NCBI GenBank assembly: GCA_963785725.1
Contig: CAWAWS010000033.1
Coordinates: 288,001 to 352,000, forward strand
From: an uncultured delta proteobacterium
Lineage (GTDB): Bacteria; Myxococcota_A; Polyangia; Palsa-1104
Length of the DNA stretch: 64,000 bases
Direction of reading: 5' to 3'
A program made the translations under genes and the position numbers. The notes under the pieces are model-generated. The model was not told the origin of the DNA and did not search any database. It saw only the letters and a list, made by a program, of their open reading frames with translations. How positions within the stretch are numbered: position 1 is the stretch's first letter; each line of letters begins with the position of its first letter. Below are positions 17,693 to 34,600 of the stretch, piece after piece.

Positions 17693-18658
17693 CTAGGACG
17701 CGGCGATCTTGGGGTCGGCGCGGGTCAGAAAGTCGAGCAGGAGCGGCGCCACCCGCTCCGGGCTGTCGACGTGAGCGAAGTGCGACGTGTGCTCCAGCCA
17801 CGTGAGCTTAGCGTCGGGAATGAGCGCAGCCAGCCGCTCGCCCGTCGCCGGTGGCACCAGCGGATCCTGCCGCGAGTACAAGAGCAGCAGCGGCACGGGA
17901 AACGGCTGCGCGCGCCGGCGGCGCTCGGCCAACGTCGCCGTGAAGTCGGCGAACCCCTGCGGCGCCATGGTGTCGCGCAGGTAGCCGACGAAGGCGGTCG
18001 CGCCCGCCTCGGAGTCGAGCGCCGCCGCGTACTCGCGCGCTTCCTGCCGCGACTTCAGGGTCTCGTCATAGTAGTGCACGTTGCGGTGCACCCAGGTCTC
18101 CGGCGACCGGCGCACCCACCAGCGCAGCAGCGCCGGCGCGCCCGGGATCGACAAGACGCCGTGTAGCGCGTGCAGCCGCGCGATCGGAAATCCGGGCGAG
18201 TGAATGTTCACCAGCCGCGAGAACGCCGCCGGCGCCGTGAGCGCATGGCGCATGCACAAGAAGCCGCCGAGCGAATTGCCGACGGCGAGGCAGCCGGACA
18301 GCCCAAGCGCCGCTTGAAACTCGCCGATCCACGCCGCCAGCGCCGTCGCGTCGAGGCGCGCAGCCGGCTTGTTGCTGCGACCCGCGCCGGGCAGATCGGG
18401 CGCGATGAGGCGGAAGCGCGCGCCCAACGGCTCGAGCAGGTAGCGCCAGGAGTAGCTCGACGTCATGAGCCCGTGGATGAGCAGGAGCGGCTCGCTGCCG
18501 CGACCGTACTCCCGATACTGAATCCGCAGCCGCCCGAAGTGCGCCGACGTCATGTCGAGCTCGCGCGCCGCCGAGTCGAAGTACGGATGCGGCCGCCGCG
18601 GCTCCTCGGACAGCGCGCCGAATGGCAGACGGCGAAACGGGCGTGGAGCGGCGTTCAT
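17693..18658 (-). CDS. Alpha/beta fold hydrolase
   Basis: LLIHGL, APDLPGAG, GNSLGG, catalytic D/H (QDPLV, SHF). Confidence 0.88.
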   Translation of the reverse strand: MNAAPRPFRRLPFGALSEEPRRPHPYFDSAARELDMTSAHFGRLRIQYREYGRGSEPLLLIHGLMTSSYSWRYLLEPLGARFRLIAPDLPGAGRSNKPAARLDATALAAWIGEFQAALGLSGCLAVGNSLGGFLCMRHALTAPAAFSRLVNIHSPGFPIARLHALHGVLSIPGAPALLRWWVRRSPETWVHRNVHYYDETLKSRQEAREYAAALDSEAGATAFVGYLRDTMAPQGFADFTATLAERRRRAQPFPVPLLLLYSRQDPLVPPATGERLAALIPDAKLTWLEHTSHFAHVDSPERVAPLLLDFLTRADPKIAAS

Positions 18659-18794
18659 GGTCGCATCCTAGCACCGCCGCAACACGTCGAAGGCTCGCCG
18701 CTGCCTCGTCGATTTCCGCTACGGAGGTGCTCGTAGCTCGCGGTCGCGGTATGCTGGACGGCGGCTGGCGCGCTCCAGCCGAGCGGGGGGTGGG

Positions 18795-19172
18795 ATGGGC
18801 CAGCCGAGCATACTCTTGGTGGATGACGACGCAGCGTGCCGTATCACCCTCTTGCACAACCTCACGCTGCGAAAAATAAGAGTCGCCTGCGCCACGAATG
18901 GGGAGGAGGCGCTGCGCGAGCTGCAGCAGACGCCCACAGAATTCACGGCGATTGTGCTCGACCTCCGCATGCCGGTCATGGACGGCGCCGAGTTTCTGCG
19001 TCGCTATGAAGGAGGCCGGCCGGTGATCTTGACCAGCGGCCACGGCACGGAGTGCGACCTGCCACGGGCCGTGCACATGATCATCCCGAAGCCGATCGAC
19101 GTGCCGCTGCTGGTGAGCGCGATTCTCGATATCGCGATCGTCAATCCGTGGGGGCTGCCGAAGCGACACTGA
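18795..19172 (+). CDS. Single-domain response regulator
   Basis: ILLVDDD, VLDLRMPVMDG, KP. Confidence 0.85.
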   Translation: MGQPSILLVDDDAACRITLLHNLTLRKIRVACATNGEEALRELQQTPTEFTAIVLDLRMPVMDGAEFLRRYEGGRPVILTSGHGTECDLPRAVHMIIPKPIDVPLLVSAILDIAIVNPWGLPKRH

Positions 19173-19367
19173 ACGGCGGCGCGGGCGCCCGGACGGATAG
19201 CTGAATTCGGCGGCGCAACCTCAGCCGCCTCTGTCCTTCTTCGCGCCGGCAGGCGGGCCTCGATGAGCTTGATCTGCCCGTTGTGGTTCGCCTCGTGCTC
19301 GCGGACGCGGGCTCCTCGCGCCGTCCTTGTCTCTGCTCGCGATGGATCACAAGCCGAGAGACACTGT

Positions 19368-20152
<785 letters not shown>

Positions 20153-20156
<4 letters not shown>

Positions 20157-20788
20157 GCGCGGAAGAAGACCACGCCGAGGTTGTTCGACGGCAGCGCAAA
20201 GACGGTGGGCGCGCCGAAGCCGTGCGCGGCAGCGACGGCGGCGACCGCCTCGAGGTCGCGCACGCCCCAGGCCGGATTCTGCGCGCGCAGCGCGTGATCG
20301 AAGGCCTCGTTGCTGGGTGCGGTGTGGCCGCCGTCGCGGCGGAAGGGACCATAGAGCACGAGCGGCGCGCCCGCGGGCAGGATGGCGGCCGCGCCGCGGA
20401 CGAGGCCGACGCAGGCGGCCCAAGGCGCGATGTGGATCATGTTGACGCACACGACGGCGTCGGCGCGCTCGATCATCGCCGGCGGCCAGGGCGAGGCGGT
20501 GGCGTCGAGCGCCAGCGGGGCGCGCACGTTGGCGACGGCGGCGTGGGCGATCCAGGCGGCGATGCTGGCGCGCTCGACGGTGCCACAGTCGCTCGGCTGC
20601 CAGATCAGCTGCGGGAACGCGGCCGCGAAGTAGACGGCGTGCTCGCCGGTGCCGCTGGCGACTTCGAGCACGATGCCCGACGACGGCAGCACCTGCCGCA
20701 GCACGCCCAAGATGGGCTCACGATTTCGCTGCGTGGCCGGGGCGAAGCGGCGCGCGTCGTCGTCATCGCGTGGAGGCGGGGCGCTCAT
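20153..20788 (-). CDS. DUF938 SAM-dependent methyltransferase-like protein
   Basis: APATQRNREPI, VLEVASGTGEH, WQPSD, NMIHI, YGPF, SNEAFD. Confidence 0.88.
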
Positions 20789-21060
20789 CGCCGGCACGAT
20801 AGCGCGAAGTCGACGACCGCGCGCGCGATCATCGCGCCAAACGTGTGGCCGCCGGCGCAGATCGAGGCGCGCAGCGACTTCAAGATCGACAGTCGCCGCT
20901 TGGCGCCAGGAGGTCCGGCCTCGTCCCATCGGGTCGAGCGGACACACGGCTGGCCGGCGAGCGACCCATGGCGGCACAGCGTCGACGACTGCGGGCGCGG
21001 GCACAACCGATGCACTGACGAGATCGCGGCGGCTGCTGCCGCAGACAATGGAGATCTGCC

Positions 21061-21702
21061 ATGAACGCGCTGACGCTTCATCCCGACTTGCTGTTTCGCG
21101 ACGATCGCTTCGCCCCGCAATCGCAGCCGGCGCTCGCCGTGCGCGTCAGTGACGGCCGCAAGCTCGTCGTCAGCATCGTCGTCGTGCTCGCCGCAGTGAC
21201 GGCCTTGACGATCTTCTCAGGCTCGCACCCGACCTTCACGACCACCGACGCCGAATACGCGCTGGCCACCGGTCCCGTGAGCGAACAATGGGTCGAGCGC
21301 ACGAGCGCGCTGCTCGCGGACAATCCGCAGCTCGCCGATCGCCTGGCGCGTCTCATCCAGAGCAGCACCATCGACGGATTGCAGCGCGGCATGGCGCTCG
21401 ACGCGCTGGCGCGGACCGGTCACGAAGTCGAGCAGAGCGCGATGATCGCGGCGCTCTCTTCGCCGGCGCTGCAGAACGACCCGGCGTATCCGTCGCTGCT
21501 GGCGCGCCTCGGCCAGATCGAGACGCCTACGCCGGCGACGCTCGCCTTCGTGAACGCGACCGCGACGCAGGCGCGGCGCGACGGCGCCGACTCGCTCGCC
21601 TTCGCCGCCGAAGAGACGCAGTCGGCTTACGCGCAGCGCGCGGCCCAGCAGTCGACGCGTCACGGCCGCCACTGGTTTCAGCTGCGCGCCCGCGGCCGCT
21701 GA
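21061..21702 (+). CDS. Hypothetical single-TM protein
   Basis: GGAG RBS; TM at about aa 35-53; biased codon usage. Confidence 0.6.
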   Translation: MNALTLHPDLLFRDDRFAPQSQPALAVRVSDGRKLVVSIVVVLAAVTALTIFSGSHPTFTTTDAEYALATGPVSEQWVERTSALLADNPQLADRLARLIQSSTIDGLQRGMALDALARTGHEVEQSAMIAALSSPALQNDPAYPSLLARLGQIETPTPATLAFVNATATQARRDGADSLAFAAEETQSAYAQRAAQQSTRHGRHWFQLRARGR

Positions 21703-21989
21703 GATGCGCTTCGTCCGCGCCGACGGCCCCGTTCGCGACTCCGCCTGCGTGCCCATCGGCCGGACGCCCGCCTGCCTCTAAGCCGCTCTCTGCGTAACCG
21801 CTTCCTTCCTCTTCCATCTCCCAAGCTCGTCCCATTCAGGCGCCGGCGCAGTCGATTGGTCGGGTCCTTTCGACTCACCGAGTCCAACCCGGGCAGGCGC
21901 AGGTGCGCCGAAGGCCGCGCGATCCGCGGGCGATTGGGCAAGCCGTGCTCGGCCTGCGCCCTGCAACAGACGCGAGCAGGAGGAGACGG

Positions 21990-22502
21990 ATGTGGCCTCA
22001 TGAAACCGACGACGACGATTTGTCGGAGCTGGCCTTGGTCTGGCCGCGGTCACCCATCGCCGGCGACCCATCGACGAGTGACTCGCGCATCGCGACGACG
22101 AGCGGCGGCGCCGGCCACGCACATCCCGAGCGACTGCACGTCCTCGTCGTCGACGATGATCTCGACGTGCGCGAGACCATCGCCGACGCCTTGCAATTGC
22201 GCGACATCGACGCCAGCGTCGCCGCCGACGGAGCCGAGGCGCTGCGCCGGCTGCGCACCGAGCCTCTGCCCGACGTCGTGCTGCTCGACCTGCGCATGCC
22301 GGTGATGGATGGCGAGGCGTTCCTCGTCGCGCAGCGTCTCGTCCCGGCGATCGCCGCCATTCCGGTGGTGCTGCACACCTCCGAGCGCGACGAGCAGACG
22401 CTGGCGCGGCTGGGGCTCGCGTACCTGCTCCGCAAGCCGTGCACGATCGAGACGCTGCTCAGCACCGTGCGCACGGCGGCGGCGCGCTCGCGCGACCACT
22501 GA
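21990..22502 (+). CDS. Response regulator receiver protein
   Basis: AGGAGG RBS; VLVVDDD, LLDLRMPVMDG, KP. Confidence 0.85.
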   Translation: MWPHETDDDDLSELALVWPRSPIAGDPSTSDSRIATTSGGAGHAHPERLHVLVVDDDLDVRETIADALQLRDIDASVAADGAEALRRLRTEPLPDVVLLDLRMPVMDGEAFLVAQRLVPAIAAIPVVLHTSERDEQTLARLGLAYLLRKPCTIETLLSTVRTAAARSRDH

Positions 22503-22557
22503 CCATTTGCGGACGACTCGACCCGTTGGCCGCCACCGCTCACTCGAAGGGAATGAC

Positions 22558-22968
22558 ATGAAGGATGACCACGCCGGCGCGACCGGCTCCGACTCTTGGC
22601 TGCTCATCGCCGACGACGATGCCGAGATGCGCTGGCTCGTGCGCGCGGCCGTCGGCGGCACGTTTACCCGCGTCGTCGAGACGGCAGACGGGCGCGAGCT
22701 GTTTTGGGAGCTGCTGCGTCACAGCGTCAGCCCGCCGCCGGACCAGAAGCTCGTGGTCGTCGCCGACGTGCGCATGCCGGTCTACGACGGGCTCGTCGTG
22801 CTCGAAGCCGCCCGCGAGGAGCTCGGCCTGCGCGTGCCCCTCATCGTCATCACCAGCTTTCCCGACGCGCAGCTGTGCGAACGCGTGGCGCGCGTCGGCG
22901 GTCGTCTGTTGTCGAAGCCGTTCTCGATGCGCCGGCTACGCCACTTGGTGAAGGAGGTGCTGCATTAG
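22558..22968 (+). CDS. Response regulator receiver protein
   Basis: LLIADDD, VADVRMP, KPF. Confidence 0.85.
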   Translation: MKDDHAGATGSDSWLLIADDDAEMRWLVRAAVGGTFTRVVETADGRELFWELLRHSVSPPPDQKLVVVADVRMPVYDGLVVLEAAREELGLRVPLIVITSFPDAQLCERVARVGGRLLSKPFSMRRLRHLVKEVLH

Positions 22969-22982
22969 ATCGGCGCGGCGCC

Positions 22983-24410
<1,428 letters not shown>

Positions 24411-24493
24411 GATCGCCGCAATAGCGTAGACGAGCTGACGGGCGTTCGCCAGCGCGGCTCAGGTCGAAACCGCATCGCGGAGCAAGCGTCGGC

Positions 24494-24934
24494 TCAGTCG
24501 GAGATGCCGCAGCCGCGCCACGTCGTCGCGTCGGGAATCGCCAGCACGGCGACTTGGCGCAAGAGCGCGCCCACGTCGAACGGCTTATCGAACAGCGCGG
24601 CCGCGCCGCTGCGATAGGCGCGCGCGTGCGTCTCGGTGTCGCCGAACGCGGTGATGATGATGATCGGCACGTGCCAATCGAAGCGATTGCGCAGCAACTC
24701 GAGCGCCTGCAGCCCGGTCACACCCGGCATACGAACGTCGGAGATGACGAGGTCCGGCGCGTCGACGCTGCTGAGCGTGCGATCGATCTCGGCGAGCAGC
24801 TCGCGCCCGTCGCTGAACGCGCGAACCTCGTAGCCGCGCTGGCGCAGCCGATCGCACAAGAGCGCGCGCATCGCCGGGTCGTCCTCGGCCACGAAGACAT
24901 GAATCTTCCGCTCCGACTCCGCTGCTCCCGACAT
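24494..24934 (-). CDS. Response regulator receiver protein
   Basis: VAEDD, ISDVRMPG, ITAFG, KPF. Confidence 0.85.
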   Translation of the reverse strand: MSGAAESERKIHVFVAEDDPAMRALLCDRLRQRGYEVRAFSDGRELLAEIDRTLSSVDAPDLVISDVRMPGVTGLQALELLRNRFDWHVPIIIITAFGDTETHARAYRSGAAALFDKPFDVGALLRQVAVLAIPDATTWRGCGISD

Positions 24935-25047
24935 GGCCGCCTCCTCGAGCGTGTAAGAACGTAGACGTTCGGCGTGCGGGCTTGGTCCGGCGCCCGCGAC
25001 CTCCCGCGGCGTTCGCACCAAAGTCAAAGCATGCGGCGTGCCGAGCG

Positions 25048-26511
25048 CTATTCGGCGGTACGCGTCGCGTCGCCGCCGACGGGCAGGAAGATCGAGAAGC
25101 AGGTGCCTTCGCCGGGCAGGCTGTCGACGGTGATCCAGCCGCCGTGCTCGCGGACGAGGCCATGCGACACCGAGAGGCCGAGGCCGGTCCCTTCGCCGAT
25201 GTCCTTCGTCGTGAAGAACGGCTCGAAGATGTGCGCGACGACGTCCGCCGGCATGCCCGGACCTTCGTCCTCGACGGAGAGGCACACATAATCGGCGAGC
25301 GGCGCCCGCGCGTCGTGCGGTGGCCGTAAGGCGCAGCGCGAGACGCCGACGACGATCGTGCCCGGCTTCTTCATGGCCTGGATCGCGTTGACGACGAGGT
25401 TGGTGAGCACCTGCTGAATCTGCCCGGCGTCGAGGCTGGCGACGGTCGCGCCCGCGCAGACCGTGCGAATGACGATCTGATACTTTTGCGCCATCGGCAC
25501 GAGCACCGGCACCGCGCGCTCGACCAGCTCGCCGAGGTCGGTGGCGACCTTCTGCGGCCGCCGCTGTCGCGAGAAGTCGAGCAGCTGACGAATGAGCGCC
25601 GTCATCCGCTGCGTCTGCTCCATGATCACGCCGGCCGAGCTGCGCCGCGCGTGCGCGTCCACGTCATCCTCGGCGAGCAGCCCGGCGTGACCGCCGATGA
25701 CGTTGAGCGGCGTGCCCAGCTCATGCGCCATGCCCGCGGCCAACTTGCCCACCGTCATCAGCCGATCGGCGTGGCGCAGCTGCTCGATCGTGTCGAGCTT
25801 CGAGCGCGCCTCGGCGGCGACCGCCGCCTGCGTCGCCGCCAGCCGCGCGCTCATGCTGTTGATCTCGGCGGCCAAGTCGCGGAATTCGTCGTCGGCGTCG
25901 AGCTCGACGGGCGGCGGCGCCAGCTCACCGCCGCCGATGCGCTTGGCCTGGTCGACGAGCTTGCGGACCGGTCGACCGACGATCCACTCGCCGAGCACGA
26001 AGGCCAAGAGCGCGCCCAGCGCCGCGACGGCCAAGGTCGTTCCCAGCGCCGCCCACACCATCTCGCGCAGGTGCTGGTGTTGCGGCGCCAGCGGCTCGGA
26101 GACTTCGATCGCGCCATGATCGACGGAGCCGAGCGGCACGTAGACGAGCGTGCGATCGGCCTCCACGGTCGCGCTCTGCTGTCCATCGAGCAGCGCCGCC
26201 AAGGGCTCGGAGCGCAGCTCCGGCGGGGGTGGCGTCAGCGAGATCCAGCGCACCGACGTCGGCGCCGAGTAACGCGCGACCGCCTCGACGTGCTCGATGG
26301 CCCGCTCTTGCCCGTGCGAGGTGCGCGCGCTGACCGCTCGCCAGACGCGCTCGGTGCCGGCGGCGATGGTGCGGCCGAGCAGAATGTCGTCGTGCACGCT
26401 GTCGTCGAGCATGAGCTCGCGGTCACGGCGCACGCTGAGCAGCGTCTCGACCGCGAAGATCGCCAGCACGCCCGCCATCAACAGCAGCGTGATCTTGGTG
26501 GTGACTTTCAT
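25048..26511 (-). CDS. HAMP-domain sensor histidine kinase
   Basis: Two TMs, HAMP, AHELGTPL, N/G boxes, FEPFFTTK. Confidence 0.93.
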   Translation of the reverse strand: MKVTTKITLLLMAGVLAIFAVETLLSVRRDRELMLDDSVHDDILLGRTIAAGTERVWRAVSARTSHGQERAIEHVEAVARYSAPTSVRWISLTPPPPELRSEPLAALLDGQQSATVEADRTLVYVPLGSVDHGAIEVSEPLAPQHQHLREMVWAALGTTLAVAALGALLAFVLGEWIVGRPVRKLVDQAKRIGGGELAPPPVELDADDEFRDLAAEINSMSARLAATQAAVAAEARSKLDTIEQLRHADRLMTVGKLAAGMAHELGTPLNVIGGHAGLLAEDDVDAHARRSSAGVIMEQTQRMTALIRQLLDFSRQRRPQKVATDLGELVERAVPVLVPMAQKYQIVIRTVCAGATVASLDAGQIQQVLTNLVVNAIQAMKKPGTIVVGVSRCALRPPHDARAPLADYVCLSVEDEGPGMPADVVAHIFEPFFTTKDIGEGTGLGLSVSHGLVREHGGWITVDSLPGEGTCFSIFLPVGGDATRTAE

Positions 26512-27926
26512 GCGGCGCTCTTCTCCAGCTCGAACCAGAACGTGCAGCCGTGGCCGGGCGAAGACCGCACACCGACGCGACCGCCGTGCGCCTCGACGAG
26601 CCGCCGCACGGTGGCCAGGCCGAGGCCAATCCCGGCGCGGCCCGCCGCGTTGTCACCGCGAACGTAGGGCGCAAACGCGTGATCGACGAATCCGGCCGGC
26701 AAGCCGGGGCCCGTGTCCTCGACCTCGACGCGAACACGGGCGCCCGAGCGCTCGCGAATCCTGATGGTGACGATGCGCGTCGTGGCCTCGCCCATGTATT
26801 TGACGGCGTTGCGCACGAGGTTGCCGACGCAGCTCATGAAGACGCCGGCACTGCAGGCGACGGCGAGCGGCGCTGGCGCGTCGACGCGCAGCTCGACGCG
26901 CTCGGCGCTCGCCTGCAGGCGGAGCTCGTCGACGAGCCCGGCCAAGACGGGCGCGACCTCGCTGCGCGCACCCAACGTCGGCCGCGCGCCGGCGCGCGCG
27001 AACTCGAGGAGCGCGTCGACCAGCTGCTGGACGTTGCCCAACGAGCGCGTGATCTGCGCGCGGTAGCGATCGACGGTCTGCTTCGGCGCGTGCGGTCGCG
27101 CGATGACGTCGACCTGCAGGTGCAGCGCGCCGAGCGGGCTCAAGATGTCGTGCGCGACGCGTCCGGCGAACGACTCCAGCTCCTCGGAACGGTCGCTTTG
27201 GATGCGCTCGAAGTGCCGAATCGTCGACAGCAGCAGCGACGCCAGCACGAACGTCAGCCCGATGCTGAACAGATCGAGACCGACGGCGAGCCCGATCGAC
27301 AGCCGGCTGAGCGACTTGATGCGGGCGCCGACGCGCTCGCCGCTGCGCGTATTGAGCTCGCGAATGTGCAGGAGCCCGGTGTCCAAGCGGTCGATGATCG
27401 GCCTGATGTCGCGCGTCAAGATCGTTTGCCAGCGCTCGCCGTCGCCGGCGCCGGCGATCGGCGCCAGCAGTGGACCGATCGATTGGTCGAGCGCGAAGAG
27501 CTCGCGCGCCACCGGTCCCCACAGCTCGCGCTCACCGGTGAACGTCGGCAGCGCGCGATAGATGCGCCACTCGTCGTGAATGTCTTTTTGGATGCTCGCG
27601 ATGCTGCCGCGCAGCTCGGCGAGCGAGCTCGGCATCGGCTGGTGGGCGAGCTGCGCGGCGGCGACGCCGTCGACGTAATCGTCGAGCACGACCTCGAGCT
27701 GCCGGATGGAGCCGCGCATGTGCGACACGTGATCGACGCTGGGCGAAGCGTTGAGGACGATCTCGTCGGCGGCGGTGCCGATCTGCAGGTCGCTGTATTC
27801 GGAGATGGTGGTGGCGAGGACGAAGCTGGCGACGACGCCGGCGAAGACCAAGAACAAGGTCCGGCTCGATGTCGGACGGCGGTAGGCGATAGAGCTGCCT
27901 TCGTCGCGATGGCCGCAAAGTCCCAT
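26508..27926 (-). CDS. Sensor histidine kinase (helical periplasmic sensor)
   Basis: AHDILSPL, NAVKY, DTGPG, GLGLA. Confidence 0.92.
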   Translation of the reverse strand: MGLCGHRDEGSSIAYRRPTSSRTLFLVFAGVVASFVLATTISEYSDLQIGTAADEIVLNASPSVDHVSHMRGSIRQLEVVLDDYVDGVAAAQLAHQPMPSSLAELRGSIASIQKDIHDEWRIYRALPTFTGERELWGPVARELFALDQSIGPLLAPIAGAGDGERWQTILTRDIRPIIDRLDTGLLHIRELNTRSGERVGARIKSLSRLSIGLAVGLDLFSIGLTFVLASLLLSTIRHFERIQSDRSEELESFAGRVAHDILSPLGALHLQVDVIARPHAPKQTVDRYRAQITRSLGNVQQLVDALLEFARAGARPTLGARSEVAPVLAGLVDELRLQASAERVELRVDAPAPLAVACSAGVFMSCVGNLVRNAVKYMGEATTRIVTIRIRERSGARVRVEVEDTGPGLPAGFVDHAFAPYVRGDNAAGRAGIGLGLATVRRLVEAHGGRVGVRSSPGHGCTFWFELEKSAA

Positions 27927-28132
27927 TAATCTGGAGCTCTTGCACCCTTCATTCCATCCATCCGACGCTACCGGACGAGCGCGTCAGCGACGGCAAACTC
28001 ACGACCAGCGGCGATGGCGCGTCGCGTTCGAGCGAGTCAAAGCGACACAGTGAGGCAGGACGACCGGTCAGGTCGAACGTCGTCGGGTGGGCACGAGCGG
28101 GCTCAGGTGCGCGCCTCGGTCGCGAAGACGGG

Positions 28133-29699
<1,567 letters not shown>

Positions 29700-29763
29700 C
29701 GATCCCTCCCATCCCCAACCGCAGTGGACTTACGAGTGGTGCGTCGGTCGATCGAGCGCGCGA

Positions 29764-31290
<1,527 letters not shown>

Positions 31291-31673
31291 CGTCGCCTCC
31301 CTTTGTCGAACGAGATGGGAGGCACTGTATCGATGGCGCATTGCGTCACTGTTTCGTCAGAATGAATTGTCTGTAACTCGATCAACAAAATGACATTTGG
31401 AGCGACCACTGACAAACAGGTCCAGCTCGCTTCCGCCAATCGTCATTTCGAGTGCAGTCGAGCGGCGGCGATCACCGTCGCTGAGCGGGCCCAGATCCGC
31501 CGACGATGGCGAACGCTCAGCCGGCCTCTTTTTGCCGCGCGGGATTGCACGCCAAATCGAGCCGCATTGTTAGTCAGCCATTTGTGCGCGTCATTTCAGC
31601 GCGCGCGCACAACCGCTAGCGGCGCCACCGCCGCCGCTGATCGTGGGACATCGATCGTGTATCCTGCGACGCC

Positions 31674-34600
31674 TTGGGCTCACCGACCTCAGCAGCTCGT
31701 CCAATCGTCGACCGCCCGCGGGTGCGCACGGCGCTGCTTGCCGCAGCCGCGCTGCTCATGGTCGCGCATTGCCTCCGCTTCCGCGACTTCACCGTCGACG
31801 ACGCCGCCATCAGCTACGCCTATTCGCAGAGCTTCGCGCACGGAAACGGCCTGGTCGGCTTCGCCGGCGGTGAGCGAGTCGAAGGCTATTCCAACTTCCT
31901 ATGGGTGATCCTCGTAGGCGCTTGCACTGCGGTCTTCGGCCACATCCTCATCGTCGGCAAAGTGCTCGGCCTGCTGTTGGCTGTCCTCATCACGCTCGGC
32001 TCAGCCGAGCTGCTCGCGGCGCTTCGCAGACGAAGATCCGCGCTCGACGCGCTTCCCGCGGCGCTCTGCGCGGCCTTCACGCCGGTCCCTTACTGGTCCA
32101 TGAGCGGGCTCGAGAATCCGCTTTATCTGGCGCTCACGCTCTGGTGCTGCGTACGGCTCGTCCAAGAATTCTACGACAGCACGCGTTCGCCGCTCTCTGC
32201 CCTACTCGCTGCCGGCGCGGCGCTGACGCGACCGGACGGGCTGCTCTTAGCGGTTGCGGCGCTAGCCGCGCAGCTTCTGACGCGACATCAACGGCGCCGC
32301 ATCCATCAGTGGACGCTTTGTGCTTCATTGCCAATCGCCGCCCATCTCGGCTGGCGTTATTTCTACTATGCTTATCCCTGGCCCAACACCTTCTACGTCA
32401 AAGTCGCTTTCCCTTTCAAGCTGCATGAGCTGTTCGATCGCCATTCGAATGGCTGGAAATACGTGCTCGGATTCGCCGACCGCTATCATTTAGCGACACT
32501 GGTTCTCTTCGCTCCGCTGACGCTGCTGAACCGCGAGGTACGCCCGCGGTTGGTCATATTCGCGATCATCGCCACGGTCGTGTTCTTCCCGATCTACGCG
32601 CGCGGCGACTGGATGAGCGAAGGACGATTCGCCGTCGATGCCGTGCCGCTGCTCTTCGTCCTCGCAATCGACGGCATCGTCAATGTCGCGCTGCTCGGCC
32701 GGCGACTTCCTTATGGGCAACGAACGGGAGTCGCAGTCGGCATCGCCCTCTTCGTCGTGTTGAGCGCGGTGATCGTGCCGCATTCACTCGCGCTCAGCGC
32801 CGCGCGTGCTCATCATTATCCGATACCCGTCGAAGTCGTGGCGACGCGCGCCCGCCGCTATCAACAGCTGGCGAAACAGCTCGACGTCGAGCATCCATCA
32901 GTCGCAGACGGTGACGCGGGCGGAAACCTTCTATACGGCGGGATGCCGCTCATCGACATTGGCTGGCTCACCGACGGCACGCTGTCGCATTGGGGCCGCA
33001 ACCCGGGCTTCGTTCGCGAGTATATCTACCGCGAGAGGCGTCCGACGTTCCTGCGACTGACCGGTTATTGGCTCGGCATTCATTTACAGAGCTATTCCGA
33101 ATTCGACGAATACGTCGCCACGCCTGACGAGGGGCTTTATGTCGCACGCTCGGCATTCACGACCGAGGGCGTCGACACGCGCTCCCGCATCGCCGCGCTC
33201 ACCGACAGTGTGGATCTCGTCGGCTATGACGTAACTCCGACCGACGTGCGCGCCTGGCTGCTCGCCAAAGCCGATCATCCGGCGACGCAGCTCTTCTTAA
33301 GGACGGCGAAAGCCGAAGCCGCGGTCAATCCGAGCGACGGATTCTATTCCACCGAGAAGTGGCGCGACGGCGAAGTGGTCAAGGTCAAGGCGACTCGGCC
33401 CGACGGGCAGAATCTGAACTTGTGTGCGAGTGAGACCTGTATCGCGTTGGCCGACGGTCGCTTCGGCGCGCAGCCCGTCGCGCTTCCCGTGCCGTCGGCC
33501 GCCGTGACGGCGCGACTGATGGCGCGTGGTGAGCTCGAAGCGGCGCGGGCTGCGCTGGCGAGCGCTCACCAGCCGACACAGAAGGTCGCCGCGGCGTTGT
33601 ATCGCCGCGGACTTCGGGAAGAGCAGAATGGCGAAACCGATTCGGCTTTCGACGATTACGAACAAGCGTTGAAAGCAGATCCGAGCCTCTCATTTGCGCG
33701 TCGCCATTTCGAAGCGCTGCGCACCGCGCCGCGCGCGGGATATCATCCTTGGATTGCGGCGCGAGCAGCCTCCGCAGCGCGCGAGTTCTATTTGAAGCCG
33801 TCGCCCGCCAGTATGGACACGTTGGCTCAGTTGGCGCGCCAAGCCGGACAGCCGGAGCGCGCCGTTCGCGCCCAGCTCGCGACCAGCATCATTCCCGCCT
33901 CGAACGCCGGCCTCATCGACTTGGCCGAATGCTACCTCGCGCTCGGGTTACCCGAGCAAGCCGCGGCTCTTTTACCTTCGGGGACGGTGACCGAAGTAGA
34001 CCTCGCTCGCATCGAACGCATTGCGCGTGCAGCGGATCGCCGAGATGCCCTTAGTAAAGTGCACGTCGAGGGCCGTCAATCCGCGCATCCCATTGGAAAC
34101 GGCATTACGCTGACGTCAATCGCCGGACGACTGAGCGCCAATGGCGCAGTCTTATTGGATATGGTTTTGTCGCGTAATGCAGTCGCACCGGCAGAAACGA
34201 TCCTGATCAACGGATATCCGCACCTCCTCCGCCGCAATCCCAAAGACTGGGCCGATGGAGAACGCGTGCTCGAAACTGTCGCGGTCGATGCGGTCGACGG
34301 GCATTCGTCGGTTTCGATCGGCTCAATCGCCGTCAACCTCGACGTGAGCCCATTCGTCGCCGACTTCGAGCGCGGTCGTATCGACGGATGGACAGCCGAG
34401 GGCACCGCATTCGAGACGCAGCCGGTCGATCAGCGCTGGCACGAAGCATTCGGAACCCAGGGCGACAAGTATCTTTACAGCAGCGAATCCGGCAAAGGAC
34501 GCCTCACGTCGCCACTGCTGTCGAGCGATGCAGCTGAAGTTTGCTTCTTCGTTCGCGGCGACGGCGTCTTGCTACAAAGCGGCGAGAAGGTCACCGAGGT